The notes: a model not told the origin generated them from the sequence alone. A stretch of DNA of 64,000 bases from Mobula hypostoma (GCF_963921235.1 NC_086107.1:110796001-110860000), one strand, 5' to 3'. Counted from the stretch's first letter, positions 1 through 12,707 are shown. Numbers and translations are program-made.

Positions 1-39
1 TGTGGAAGCTACACTTTTGAAAAAATTTGTTGTCCGGTG
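1..39 (+). mobile_element. Right terminus of a Chapaev3-like DNA transposon, cut by the window edge
   Basis: aagctacacttttgaaaaaatttgttgtccggtg matches the right ends of the copies ending at 5267 and 42556. Confidence 0.75.
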
Positions 40-987
40 TAGTCTACAACATGTCACAGATGCCAAGGTTGTGCTTACCAGGCCTGTCTTGAGCTACATA
101 CACAAAGTTCCAGCAGGTCAGGCAGCATCAATGGAGGGGAATGAACAGTCAGGCTGAGACCCTTCCTCAGGACTGGAAAGCAATGGGGCAGAAGCCAGAA
201 TTGGAAGCGTGGGGGACACTTGCGGGCTGCCCCCTGAACATGCTGGTCATTGTGCAGACGATGCATTTCACTGTATGTTTTGATGTTTCCGTGTGCATGT
301 GATAAATAAAGCTAATCTTAAAGCTGTAATCTTTAAATGTTGTCTTCTTAAGGAAGCTCCTCAGATGGGTAGTATTGATGGTGTGGAGGGATGTGTTGGG
401 CTGAGCTCGCTACTCTGTGCCAGATAAGCACAAGAGATTCTGTGGCTGTTGGAAATCCGAAGTCACACACACAACGTGCTGGAGGAACTCTGCAGGTCAG
501 GCAACAACAATGAAGGGGACTAAACAGTTGACAATTCAGGCTGAGACCCTTCTTCAGCACTGGAAAGGAAGAGGTGGGGAAAGGAGAAGGGGAGGAGGAG
601 AAGTACAAGCTGGCACGTGATGAAGGACCTCAGCCCGTAATGTCCTCGGTTGCACTGTTTATTCCTCTCCATAGGTGCTGCCTGACCTGCTGAGTGACTC
701 CAGCATTTTGTGCGTGTGTCTATTGCTCATATTTTCGAGCATCTGTCAAATCTCACGTGTCTGTATCAAAGGCAATAACCATCCCTGGATAACAGACGGC
801 TTCTGTTTTCACAGATGTCCTTAAGTCAACTTTGTCCATTCAGAAAATACACAAAAGCCACTTGATATGGTAACCACACCTCCACAGTTTTGTGATGAAT
901 GGATTTAGTGAGAGAGAGAGAGAAAGAGAGAGAGGGAGAGGGAAAAAGGGAAGAGGGATCGAGATGGAGGGGAAAAGAGAGAGAGAG

Positions 988-1950
988 GGACCCTTCATCA
1001 AGACTGGAAAGGAAGGGGGAAGAAGTCAGAATATGAAGGTAGGGGAGGGGAAGGCGCACAAGATGGCAGGTGATAGATGAAACCAGGTGAGAGGGGAAGC
1101 AGATGGGTGGAGGAAGGAGGATGAAATAAGAAGCCAGGTGATGATTGGTGGAAATGGTAAAGGGCTGAAGAAGAGGGAATCTGATAGGAGAGGAGAGTGG
1201 ACCATGGGAGAAAGGGAAGAAGGTGGTGGGCAGGTGAGAAAAAGACAAGGGTTAAGAGTCTGAATGAGGAATGGAGATGGAGAGGAGGGAGAGAAAGCAC
1301 TGGAAAAGAAATAAATGTTCATGCCATCAGGTTTGGAGATAAGCCAGCCGTGAGGTGGTGATCCTCCGACCGAGAGTGGCCTCATTGTGGCAGTGGAGGA
1401 GGCTATGGACTGACATGTTGGAATAGGATTGGGGACTGGAATTAAAATGCCTGGCCGCCGGGAAATCCTACTTGTGTGTCTCAACAATGTGGTCCCCCAA
1501 TCTGGAGTCGGGTCTCACTGATGTGGAGGAGGGCGCACCTCGAACACCGGATGCAACAGGCAACTCCCACGGACTCACAGAGGAAGTGATGCCGCTCCTG
1601 GAAGGATTGCCTGGGGCCCTGAATGTTGGTGAGGGACGAGGTGAGTGGGCAAGTGTAGCACTTCTTCCGCTTGCAGGGATAAGCACTGGGGAGGGGGGAG
1701 ATCAGTGGGGAGGGGTGAACGGGCAGGGAATCATGAGGGAAGCGATCCCTGTGGAAAGCAGAGAGTGGGGTGAGGTGAAGATATGTTTGGGGGTAGGAAC
1801 CCACTGAAGATGGTGGGTGTTGTGGAGAATGATGTGCTGGATGCAGAGGCCCATGAGATGGTAGCTAAGGACAAGAGAAACTCTATCACTGTTAAGGCGT
1901 GGGGAAAATGAGGCAAAGCCATCTTCTCTCTCCCATCTTCCCCTCACTGC
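988..1950 (-). mobile_element. Penelope-like element 3' portion (decayed Cys-rich linker, GIY-YIG endonuclease, 3' UTR)
   Basis: Minus-strand translation gives PCKRKKCYTCP and HFLCESVGVACCIRCSRCALLHISET, a decayed GIY-YIG N-terminus, then ...KPDGMNI and a pyrimidine-rich 3' UTR; frameshifted. Confidence 0.85.
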
Positions 1951-1974
1951 ATAAATTTCCTCCAGGCACTCTGG

Positions 1975-2477
1975 TTTAGATTAGATTAGATTATGAGGAC
2001 ACACAGTCCTCTTTTATTGTCATTTAGTAATGCATGTATTAAGAAATAATACAATGTTTTTCCAGAATGATATCATAGAAACATATGACGAACCGACTTA
2101 AAAACTAACAAAAACCGCATAATTATAACGTATAGTTACAACAGTGCAAACAATACCGTAATTTGATAAGAACAGACCATGGGCACAGTAAAAGTCTCAA
2201 AGTCTCTCGAAAGGCCCGTCATCTCACGCAGACGGTGAACCGCCAGCGTTGCTAACTTGCCGATGCAGCATCCTGGAAGCATCCGACCACAGTCCGACTC
2301 CGAGTCCGTCAGAAAACTCCGAGCCTCCGACCACTCTTCGACACCTAGCACCGAGCGCCATCTCTGCCGAGCGCTTCGACCCCGGCCCCGGCCCCGGCAA
2401 CAGGCAACAGGCAAAGCCAGGGATTTGGGGCCTTCCCCTCTGGAGATTCTCGATCGCACAGTAGCAGCGGCAGCGAA
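1975..2477 (-). mobile_element. Non-autonomous retroelement, 5'-truncated, (TAATC)n tail
   Basis: High similarity to 38163-38852 in reverse; simple-repeat tail ttagattagattatgagg. Confidence 0.75.
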
Positions 2478-3692
2478 GTGCTTTTCTCCCACATTTCAAA
2501 GACGTATGGGTTAGTAAGGACTAGTGAGTTGTGGGCATGCTATGTTGGTGCCAGAAGCTTCGTGGTACTTGTGGGCTGCCCAGCACAATGCTCAGACTAC
2601 CTTGATTGTTGATGCAAATGATGCATTTCACTGTATGTTTTGATGTTTCGATGTACATGTGACAACTAAAGCTAATCTTTATCTTAAGCCTTCATTTGGG
2701 CCAGTAATTATAATTGCACCAAGACAGAACCAAGTCAGAAGCTCGGATTTCCATCGACGTCTGAGGGCAAATGTCAACACGTTTCCAACTCACACGGCTC
2801 ACTGGTGACCTGCTCCCGTTCACAGCTGCTGGCCAGTCTGGATGTTCAAGGGCATGGCCAACAGCAGGGACATTTCCATTCTCACTGCCCCGAGACCGTC
2901 TGCTGTGTCAAAGAGTTTGTGTGGCGTCTGGAGACTCGAGCAAATCCCGCAAGCCGTCACTCCCTCTGACGTCTAGCCTTTCAGGAAAAACCCCGACTGT
3001 CTGCTCTCTCACCCAGCCACTAGAGATCCATTTTTGTTCCTCTCTGCGCCTTGTGGTGCATTGGGTGTCTGTGTGTGATGTTCCCTCTCTCTCTCTCTCT
3101 CTCTCTCGCTCTTGCTCGCTACTCCCAGAGGAAGATTCTTGCATTCAAATGGCCCCTCTCTCCCTCAATGCTGTCAGAGCCCTGGGTCTGGGGCAGGGTT
3201 TAATCGACGCGGTTTGTGGATTGAACTCTGTAGTTCATGTTATGATATGTTTCTGGTCACTTTTTGTTGTTGCTCTTTTGAGCGACTTTGAATCGGGGTG
3301 GTCTGCAGGTAGCGAACACAGGCGAACTGAATATGGCTGGACACTTTCGATTTTGTGCTTTGTGTGTTGTTCACTCATTCTTTTTTGGTTGATGTTTATG
3401 TAATTCATTTTTTTGTGCATAGAGTTGATTTTTTTTTTCGTGGCTGTCTATGGGGAAGACGGATCTCAGGGTTGTATACTGTATACACACTTTGACAGTA
3501 AATATACTTTGTATCTGTGAATGTTCTCCCTTGCCTGTGTGGATTTCCTCCCAGATCCCAACAACATATAGGTCAGTAGGTTAATGGACCAGTCTAAATT
3601 GCCCCGTGTGTGTGGGTGAGTGGTGGAATCAGGGGAGATGGTAGAACATAGGGATCATGGGATTGATGTAGGATTAGGAAGTGATCCTAATC

Positions 3693-3925
3693 CTGGGAAG
3701 GGAATGTCGACTCAGACCATGAGAGGTCTTTGTCGGGCATTTTCATGCCTTACAAGGTGCAGATTGGAAGTCTGGGTGGGGCGCCACCCCTCGCACAGAC
3801 AGTAGAGCAATGTGTGATTAAGTGCCTTGCTCAAGGGCACAAACATGCTACCTCAGCTGAGGCTCGAACTAGCGACCTTGAGGTAACTAGATGAACGCCT
3901 TAACCACTTGGCCACGTGCCCAACA
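3693..3925 (-). mobile_element. tRNA-derived SINE with CORE-like central domain
   Basis: Reverse complement starts gttgggcacgtggccaagtggttaagg (A box) and has agttcgagcc (B box); same family as 43353-43570. Confidence 0.85.
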
Positions 3926-4009
3926 TGGAAGGGTTAGGAAATTCGTAAACATGAATGTCTGCAGGTGGCGGAAATCTGGAATACCACACACAAAATGCTG
4001 AAGAAAGGA

Positions 4010-4255
4010 TGGCACAGTCGCGTAGTGGTTAGCATAACACTATTACGGTGTCAGAAACCCAGGGTTCAATCCCGCCGCTGACTGTAGGAGTTTGTACGTT
4101 CTCCCTGTGACTGGGTGGGTTTCCTTTGGGTGCTCCAGTTTTCTCCTACAGTCCAAAGCCGTGCTGGTTAGTAGTTTAGTAGATCACAAGCATGAAATTG
4201 GTGCAGGCTGATTGGGCCGGAAGTGCCTGTGGCTGTGTTGTATCTCTGAAAAAAT
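4010..4255 (+). mobile_element. V-SINE (HE1-like) inserted in a PLE terminus
   Basis: tRNA-like head (gtagtggttagc, ggttcaatccc) and V-domain gtttgtacgttctccctgtgactgggtgggtttcc...cagtccaaag. Confidence 0.8.
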
Positions 4256-4471
4256 AAAAGAGAAAAATCTCAGCAAGTCAGACAGCAACTATGGATGGAA
4301 ATAAACTCAACATTTTGGGCTGAGGATCCTGATGAAGGGTCTTGGCCCAAAACCTTGACTGTTTATCCCCTCCATAATGCAGCCGAACTTGTGGAGTTCC
4401 TCCAGCATATTTTGTGTGTTGATCTCACAGAAGTTGTTGGATTCTAGGGAGTTGACAGAATTTAGAGATAA

Positions 4472-5267
4472 CACTGGACAGGAAGGATTTTGCTTCCTGA
4501 ATACTTTTGGGTGTATTTTATTGATTTTGGGCTGCTGATCGTGAAAATCGCAATGAAATTTCCCTACCATGCACCCATTTTTTTGAAATCACCTATATTT
4601 GTTATTTCAATTCATAATTGAAGTCAGAATAACTGATGCCAAGATTAGGGAAGGTATTTTTGTTGGTCCACAAATCAAACAATTCATTAATGACAAGCAA
4701 TTTGAAGAACTTCTAGTGGGGCTGGAGAAAATTGCTGGATGTTGTTGAAAATTTTCTTGGCAACTACAGAGCACCAAACTACCCGCAGCTGGTTGACAAC
4801 ATGTTTCAAGCACACAAAACCATGAAGTGCAACATGTCCCTAAAGATTCACTTTCTGCATTCCCATTTAGACTTCTTCCCTGCAAATCTTAATGCTGTTA
4901 GTGACGAGCATGGTGAAAGGTTTCACCAGGACATTGCGGTCATGGAGAAACAGTATCCGGGCAACTGGAATCTATCAACGCTGGCTGATTATTGTTGGAC
5001 ACTTAGACGAGAAGCCTCAGACACTGAGTACAAATAAAAATCAACAACAAAACATATTTAGCTTCGTTGAACTATTGCAAAGCATCAGCACCATTATGCA
5101 ATTAAACACATTATATTCAATAAAAGTTAATTTCTTGTTTCACCGAATTCCTAGGCGATACAAGTAGTCTGGAATTATATCTGTGTTCAGCTTCAAATGG
5201 TCTATCATAAGCAAAAAAAAAAAAATTCTGAGAAAGCAACAATTTTGAAAAAAATTGTTGTCCAGTG
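4472..5267 (+). mobile_element. Chapaev3-like (CMC) DNA transposon, internally deleted
   Basis: Termini CACTGGACA...TTGTTGTCCAGTG; TAA duplicated on both sides; transposase C-terminus MSLKIHFLHSHLDFFPANLNAVSDEHGERFHQDI (ORF 4732-5037). Confidence 0.8.
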
Positions 5268-5274
5268 TAATAGG

Positions 5275-5740
5275 ATTAATGGAGGATTAGGAGGTGATTT
5301 TATAAAGATGTATAAAGAGTGACATAGATAGGGTGAATACACAGTTTTCTCTCCAAGGTCTGGGGAAACAGGAACCAGAGGATATAGATTTAAGCTGAGA
5401 GGGTAAAGGTTCTCTTGGAAGTTGAGAGGCAACTTTTTTTTTACACAAGGTGTGGTATCTATGTGGGACAATCTGTCAGAGGAAGTGTTTGAGGCAGGTA
5501 TAAAATCAGCTTCTACAAAACAGCTGGACAAGCACATGGGTAGGAAAGGCTTAGAGCAGGGTTTCCCAACCTGGCGTCCATGGACCCCTGCTTAATGGCA
5601 TAAAAAAGGCTTGGGAACCGCTGGTTTAGAAGGATATGTGGCAAAGGCTGGCAATTAGGATTAACTTGGTTGGGTCTCTTGGTTGGCATGGACCATACGG
5701 GCCAGGGGGCATGATTCTGTGCTGGGCCTCCCTGTGACTC
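5275..5740 (+). mobile_element. CR1 LINE 3' fragment
   Basis: Decayed ORF2 end (LGGDFIKMY...GTRGYRFKLRG) and CR1-type 3' UTR. Confidence 0.75.
5557..5623. mobile_element. 67-bp hAT/Charlie-type MITE nested in CR1
   Basis: Inverted ends cagggtttcccaa / ttgggaaccgctg; imperfect 8-bp TSD gcttagag / gtttagaa. Confidence 0.65.
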
Positions 5741-6389
5741 TGAACGTAATACAGATTTGTATTAAATACAACAAGGTAAGTAATTGAAACAAGATTGGCC
5801 AGTTAGCTTCCCCGTTCAATAAAATCACAGTAGATCCAATCTTGTCTTCTATCACCACCTTCCAGCCTGTTCCTTGGAGACCAAAAACCAATTTTAATCT
5901 TCATTTTATTCATTTTAATCTTCATTCTATTCAAGTTCAAGTTTCAGTTTATTGTCATTCAACTATACGCATGTTTTTTAATGGCTCCGTCTGTCTAAGT
6001 AGACAATCGATGCGCCCTCGGGGCACAGACCTGGGCGATGAATATGGAGATCCTGGGCTGCCCAGACATCAAGATCCCCCTCTCGGCCTTGCAGATGTGG
6101 TCCAAAGGAATGCAAAGCAGTACATTTGGCATCAGCCTGGCTGCAGGAGCTGCTGGGAGGTGACGTGATACATCATCCAACCACCTTAGGGGCTCCACTC
6201 CAGATTTGTGTAGGGTTTACTCCTCAGCCTTCTCTTCTCCTGAAGATACCCACAAGGCAGTGGGATCCGTAACCCTGGATAGGGGCCCATACCGGGTACT
6301 GTCAGCCGGAGCCAGCTGAACCGGGGACTCGTGTGAGGCAGGGTCGTCACACCCTGTAGTAGTGACATATGGACCCACTACCCACTACC

Positions 6390-6935
6390 CAAAACTATAC
6401 ACGTGTATACCAAATGAAACAACATTCCTCTGGACCAAGGTGCACAACACAATACATACGACTCATACACATAGCACATAAAGTAATATTGCCACAAATA
6501 AATTAATAAATAGTAAAATAGATTTCCAGAAGATTGACATTCAGCATAAGGTGCGTTTATGACACAAGTCAAAAAGTAAATAGTGTAACACTACTGGTGC
6601 GTCGTACGTGGGTGGTGGGGGTCCTTCATGATGGACGTCGCCTTTTTGAGACATTGCTCCTTGAAGACATCCTGGATGCTGGGGAGGCTAGTAACCATGG
6701 AGCTGATTGAGTTTACAACTCTCTGCTGCTTACTTCGATCCTGTTGCAGTAGCCACCCCACCCCCCCATACCAGACGGTGACGCAGCTATTTAGAGTGCT
6801 CCCCACGGTACATCTGGAGAAATTTGTGAGTGACTTTGGTGACATACCAAATCTCCTCAAACTCCTAATGAAATATAACTGCTGTTGTGCCTTCTTTGTT
6901 GGGCCCAGGATAGATCCTCAGAGATACTGACTCCC
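6390..6935 (-). mobile_element. Rex1/Babar-type LINE 3' fragment
   Basis: RRFGMSPKSLTNFSRCTVGSTLNSCVTVWYG...ATSIMKDPHHP, the typical Rex1/Babar ORF C-terminus. Confidence 0.8.
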
Positions 6936-7951
6936 AGTAATAATAATCCAATACTAATACCAAATTTCTATACTACATAAAAGAAAATAAAAATTAAAAA
7001 GTAGTGAGGTAGTGTTCATGGGTTCAATGTCCATTCAGAAATCTGATGGCAGTGGGGAAGAATCCATTCTTGAATCCCTGAGTGTGGGTCTTTACGCTCC
7101 TGTACCTCCTCCCTGGTAGTAGTAATGAGAAGAGGGCTTGTCCTGGTTGTGAGAGTCCTCAATGATAGCTCTGGACACCGCCACCAGGAATAAATATCTC
7201 TTACAATCCACCCTGTCAATTATCCCCAGAGTTCTATCTTTCAATGAAATCAACTCTCATTCTTCTAAACTCCAGTAAGCCTGTTTAGCCTTTCTTTCCA
7301 CACATCATCAAGTCAAATTTATTGTCATTTAACGATATACTTGTATACCGCCAAACGAGACAACACTTCTCTGGACCAGGGCGTAAAGCACAGTAGTACA
7401 CAGAACACACAATAACTTATGAAGATAAGGATGAAACCTACAGATAGATTACACATAAATAAACAAACTAAAGTGTATAAATTAAATATGTAAAGTACAG
7501 ACAGATTAACCAGTGACACTTTGAATGTGATGCGGCAGGGAGATCAGATGCCTAATCTTAGGACTTAAGCCAGTGAATGTTCTCTTTGCTGTCGCAATGC
7601 AAGTATATCCCTTCTTTTCAAATTTGAGTGTAATTATCATTCAACCATATATGAATATAACCAAATAAAACAGTGTTCCTCTAGTGCCAGGAAGCAACAC
7701 ACGTTACCAACAGCACACAGCACAAATAGCACGTATGTTACCATTTCAGAAAAGCATACAGTCACAAAGAAAAAAAAAGATCTCCTTAAATAAAGGGAGC
7801 AAAACCGCATTCAGCCCAAAAACAACTCTGATTCTCTTCCCTGCTGGTATTACTGCTCCTAAATTATCCTCAATGTCATGAGGATCATAATGTTCAAAGG
7901 TAAATAGGAAGACCTGTTCCAGGAAATCACAAACCAACTTCGGAACAGTAC

Positions 7952-8545
7952 AATCATCACCATCATCAGGTGCCATGCCCAGATTCACACACTCCTGTTT
8001 CGGGTCAAGTGGATCAATTCATTGGTATTCATTTCCAGTTCTCTGGCTGCTGTCTCCATCATCATTTGTCTTTGTCTTCCTCTTGCTTTCTTCCCTTCAA
8101 TCTTTCCCATAATTACCGTGCATTCTAACTCCTCTTTCCTAATCAAATCTCCAATGAAGTCACGTTGCCTTTTCATGATCTCATACATTATTTCTCTTTT
8201 TGTGCTTGCTCTGTTCATGACATCCTCATTCGATATTCGTTTCGTCCATGATATTCTTTGCATCCTCCTAAAAATCATATCTCTGCTGCTTCAGTTCGTT
8301 TCCTCATGTTACTAGATATTGTCCAACATTCTGAGCCATATAACATAACTGGATAAACGTAACATTTCGGTACTCTGAAGCGGGTTGTCATGCCTAGTTT
8401 AGTATTGGTCAGAATACTCTTCATTCTCGTAAAGGTGTCTTTTGCCATCCCTATTCTTCTTCTGATGTCCGTGTCGCACCTGCCATCTGATGTCACCCAG
8501 CTTCCTAAGTAGCAAAAGTTCTGTACTTGTTTTATGTCAATAGAA
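7952..8545 (-). mobile_element. RTE-clade LINE 3' fragment
   Basis: QVQNFCYLGSWVTSDGRCDTDIRRRIGMAK...YVYPVMLYGSECWT and RRMQRISWTKRISNEDV...GKIEGKKARGR; frameshift near 8277; (TGA)n-like tail. Confidence 0.9.
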
Positions 8546-9028
8546 AAGGTGAAACCAGAGTCACATAGGAACCAGTTGGGAAATGGAAGAATGGGTGAGA
8601 GCATTGAACCTAGAACAGTACGGCACAGCATGGGCCTTTCGGCCCATCATGTTGTGCCACCCTTTAGCCAACTCCACTATCAGTCTAACCCTTCCTGCTA
8701 CACATAACCCTCCATTTCTCTTTCATCCATGGGGCTTACCTAAGAGTGTCTATAGCCAGTCCCAGCAGTGCAATCTAGACACTGTGTAAAAGACCTACCT
8801 CTGACATTCCTCCACTCCTCCGGTATTAGCCATTGCTGACCTGGGACAAAGCGCTGGACGTCCACAGTGTCTGTGCCTCATCATCTTATACATCCCTACC
8901 AAATCACCTCATCCTCCTTCGCTCCATAGAGACAAGCCCTCACTTGATCATCCTTTCCTTAGAAGACATGCTTAGAGGATGCTTTAGAGAGGGTGCAGAG
9001 AAGATTTACCATGATCACGCCTTAGGGA

Positions 9029-9348
9029 TGTGACGAGAGACCGAGGCACGGATAGCTAGGGCCCCAGTGCTGGAGTAGCTGAGGCTAGAATCGAGACACG
9101 ATACAAAACTGAAACAAGGGCAGGGTTCTAAGCTAGACGCCAGACGAGAATGCGAAGTAGAACTGATGAATGAGCACCGAACTTCAGTTCAGATTCTCTT
9201 TAAATATTAAAATCCTGGTGTCAAGGCATGGCCGCCAATTAGCAGGGCGGGCCTGGCTCTTTTAAATGGGCTGTGCCAGCTATTGGTATTCCGGACAGTC
9301 AGAGTGTCTAAACCCCGAAACTGGCACAGTCAGGTGTGTATCGTAACA
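9029..9348. mobile_element. Possible solo LTR inside a CR1 fragment
   Basis: TG...CA ends with short inverted termini TGTGACGA / TCGTAACA; no clear TSD. Confidence 0.35.
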
Positions 9349-9725
9349 TCGGGCTTTTCTCTTTGAAATGGAAGAGGAGTCTTGATTGAACTGTATAAGA
9401 TGATAAGAGGTTTAAATAGAGGAGACAGCCAGTATCTTATTCTGAGGGCAGCAGTGGCTAATATGATAGGGCATAATTTTAAGGTGATTGGAGGAAAGTA
9501 TCAGGGGATGTCAGAGGTAACTGTTTTACACACAGCCTGGAGTGAACTGCCAGTAGTGGTGGCAGATACATTAGGGACATTTAAGCGAATCTCAGATAGG
9601 CAGGTGGATGAAAGGAAAGTGGAGGGCTACGTGTGAGGGAAGGGTTAGATTCATCTTGGAGTAGGTTAAAAGGTCAGCACAACATTCTGAGCTGAAGGAC
9701 CTGTACTGTTCTATGTTCTCTGTTC
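9349..9725 (+). mobile_element. CR1 LINE 3' fragment
   Basis: LIELYKMIRGLNR...GHNFKVIGGKY...TLGTFKR. Confidence 0.8.
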
Positions 9726-9918
9726 TCTCTGTCACTCTGGGCACATGGCATAAGATGGCTGAGTAGCCAAATTAGGCTGCGATTATCTTCCTGATTCAAG
9801 ATTACTTAATGTCATTTCCTGTACACAAATGTAAAGGAGAACAAAATAATTGTTACTCTGGATTTGAGGCAGCACAAAAAAAACACACTAAGATAAAGAA
9901 CGTAATAATAAAAAATGT

Positions 9919-10222
9919 GTTGGTGCGTGGCCAAGTGGTTAAGGCGTTCGTCTAGTGATCTGAAGGTTGCCAGTTCGAGCCTTGGCTGAGGCAGCGTGTT
10001 GTGTCCTTGAGCAAGGCACTTAACCACACATTGCTCTGCGACGACACTGGTGCCAAGCTGTATGGGTCCTAATGCCCTTCCCTTGGACAACATCGGTGTC
10101 GTGGAGAGGGGAGACTTGCAGCATGGGCAACTGCTGGTCTTCCATACAACCTCGCCCAGGCCTGCGCCCTGGAAACCTTCCAAGGCGCAAATCCGTGGTC
10201 TCATGAGACTAACGGATGCCTA
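9919..10222 (+). mobile_element. tRNA-derived SINE with CORE-like domain, alternative 3' tail
   Basis: A box ggccaagtgg, B box agttcgagcc, gtgtccttgagcaaggcacttaac; head shared with 43353-43570 but 3' half differs. Confidence 0.85.
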
Positions 10223-11000
10223 TAAACAATAAGAAATACACAATGAATACAAATTGATTGTATGTCCATGAGGTGATGGCAGAAGGCGACTCTGGCAGGA
10301 GATGATAAAGTAGTGGTGGTTGGGGCTGCTGAGGGGTGGGTTAGTGGATGGAGGTGTGGATCAGCCTTACCGCTTGGGGAAAGGAACAGTGTTTGGGTCT
10401 GGTGGTCCTGCTGCGACATGTTATGTAGCCTGGGAATGGGACAAACAGTCCATGGACAGGGTGTGTGGGATCCTTCCTGATGTTACTGGCCCTTTTCCGG
10501 CACCTTTTAGGCGTGTGCTTGATGGGGGGGTAGGGTGGTGCCGATGATGCGTTGGGCAGCTTTTGGCCACCCGTTGTGGAGTTTGAGTCTTGCAGACTCT
10601 CCGTAAAAGGTGGCAGCGGAACAGGCTCGTGCACTCTGGGAGCTGGTTCAGCAGGGGTTAAAGCACAGGGACTCGCGGTAGAACTCCGCGCCCTTCCTCG
10701 TGGTGAAGCCTCTGCAGAGCGTGGTGGTGGATGGGACGGTTCAAAGCTCTCGCTCAAAGTGCTGTGTCTTTGTTCTTCTAGCACAGTATAATTATACCTG
10801 TCTCACACTCCTGCCTTCAGCTGAAGGCCTGAAATTAATAGTTGAGGCGATGCTCTGGATTTTACCCTTCATTTTACAGAACACCCGCTGGAATATTACC
10901 CAGACAAAATAAATTGCCCGTGGTACTGGTGCTATTTATTAACCCATAACACGGTGAAAGTGAACGTTACGATACTGTTCCATTTGGATTCCTGCATAAT

Positions 11001-11049
11001 GTTTCCACGGCAACACCTTCACTCACTTGTTCTCTGTTTCCATGGAAAC
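11001..11049. promoter_or_regulatory. Tandem RFX X-box motifs
   Basis: GTTTCCACGGCAAC (11001-11014) and palindromic GTTTCCATGGAAAC (11036-11049) in non-repeat sequence, next to a CpG-richer stretch. Confidence 0.6.
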
Positions 11050-11413
11050 ACTTCTAGCTCTTTGTGTGAGGAGAACAATTTTCAACTTACTCCGTTTTGT
11101 GATTATTGGGGATCTGAGGATGTCCGAGACCCCCCCCCCCACCCACTCCAGCCTGGTCCGCTCAGTCCCGGGAGGCATGGTTGACGATGGAGCGGCCATT
11201 GGGCGCCTGGACTGGTGGCTGTTGCTTTGCTCTGACCCTGAGTCCCCGTCGCCCACCCTGAGGCAGGTTCCGAGTGTCTGTCATCGGGTTCCCCATCAGG
11301 ACGGCCTGTGGGGTCAGAGCGGTGGGAGAGGTTGGCACTTTGAGGTAGCAACCCCAACCCCCCCACCGTCCCCACAGTTTGGACTTTGTTTTTTGATTGA
11401 ATCACTTCTTTCC

Positions 11414-11416
<3 letters not shown>

Positions 11417-11502
<86 letters not shown>
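11417..11502. repeat. Compound (GA)n(GT)n microsatellite
   Basis: Directly visible. Confidence 0.95.
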
Positions 11503-11505
<3 letters not shown>

Positions 11506-12055
11506 GAGGGGGTGGGGAATGCCACACTAACACAATCCCTCTTCAACGCCCGTGGTTTTGTTTCCTGTCACTGTCTGCAAAGCGTCTCGATGTTTTCCCC
11601 GTGACCGCGTGGGTTTCCTCCCATACACAGTTAGGGTTAGGGTTGGTAAGTTGTAGGCACGCTACGCGGGCGCCAAAAAGTGTGACGACACCCCCAGCAC
11701 AATCCTTGCTGATTTGATTTGGCGCAAACCATACGACAAGACCATAAGATACAGGAGCAGAATTAGGCCATTCGGCCCATCGAGTCTGCTCCACCATTTC
11801 ATCATGCCGGATCCATTTTCCCTCTCAGCCCCAATCTCCTGCCTTCTTCCCGTATCCCTTCATGCCCTGACTAATCAAGAACCTATCACCCTCTGCCTTA
11901 ACTATACTCAATGACTTGGTCTGTACAGCTGCCTGTGGCAACAAACTCTGGCTGAAATGACGCATTTCACTGTATGTTTCAATATTTCGACATACACATG
12001 ACAAATAAAGCCAGTCTTCGAAATCTTTTGAGTGTGGGGTGTGTGAAAATGTGTG

Positions 12056-12092
<37 letters not shown>

Positions 12093-12693
12093 TTACTATA
12101 TCTGCTGGTGTGTACATGCATACCTGATGATTTGTATGCTTTCTTGTGCCATGTTTCTGCATTAGCGTAGCCTGTGATTGTGTTTGAGACTGTGACTCTG
12201 CCTGGTTATGTAGGTGTCAGGGCTGCCCGGGCACCGTCCCTCGCATAAACACGGATGGAAGATAAAAGCTGGCACCAGCTTGGAGTCACCAAGCCTAAGT
12301 GAGCGGCTAATTTGCACTGGGAGTGCTGGCGTCGAGACCCCCAGCGGAGGGCCTCTCTGTTCCAGTTGCTGATTAAAGGCGCTAACACATGGCCTCCGTA
12401 AAGGTGCCATTATCTGGGCACCGGTGCCGGTGGTGTTGTATGAATGAGCTGTCTTTGCGCGAGGGTGGGAGGCTGTCGTGTGAGGAAATCCACAGGATGC
12501 TTTGCAGTTGCTCGTCAAGCTTGTTCCAGAGCCGTGATGACCTCCAGCGCACACACAAGGGCGTCAGGTGTAGGGGGAAGGGGGAGGAGGAGGGCACGTT
12601 TTTTTCAACTTGCAATGTTGCAAAGGCAGATTTTAGGAGGCATTGTTTTGTGTCTGCATTACATTTTCATCGATATGCCTTCGCTCGTTCACC

Positions 12694-12707
12694 GTTTCCA
12701 TAGAAAC
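12694..12707. promoter_or_regulatory. RFX X-box-like motif
   Basis: GTTTCCATAGAAAC. Confidence 0.4.

Noticed and set aside
2771..3403. 210-aa plus-strand ORF
   Set aside because: It runs through a (CT)n tract into a repeat and has no recognisable domain; 2690-3080 is unique but unassignable.
9919..9995. tRNA-like sequences (also near 20392, 43353 and 4010)
   Set aside because: They are SINE heads continuing into SINE bodies and tails, without a proper acceptor stem or Pol III terminator.
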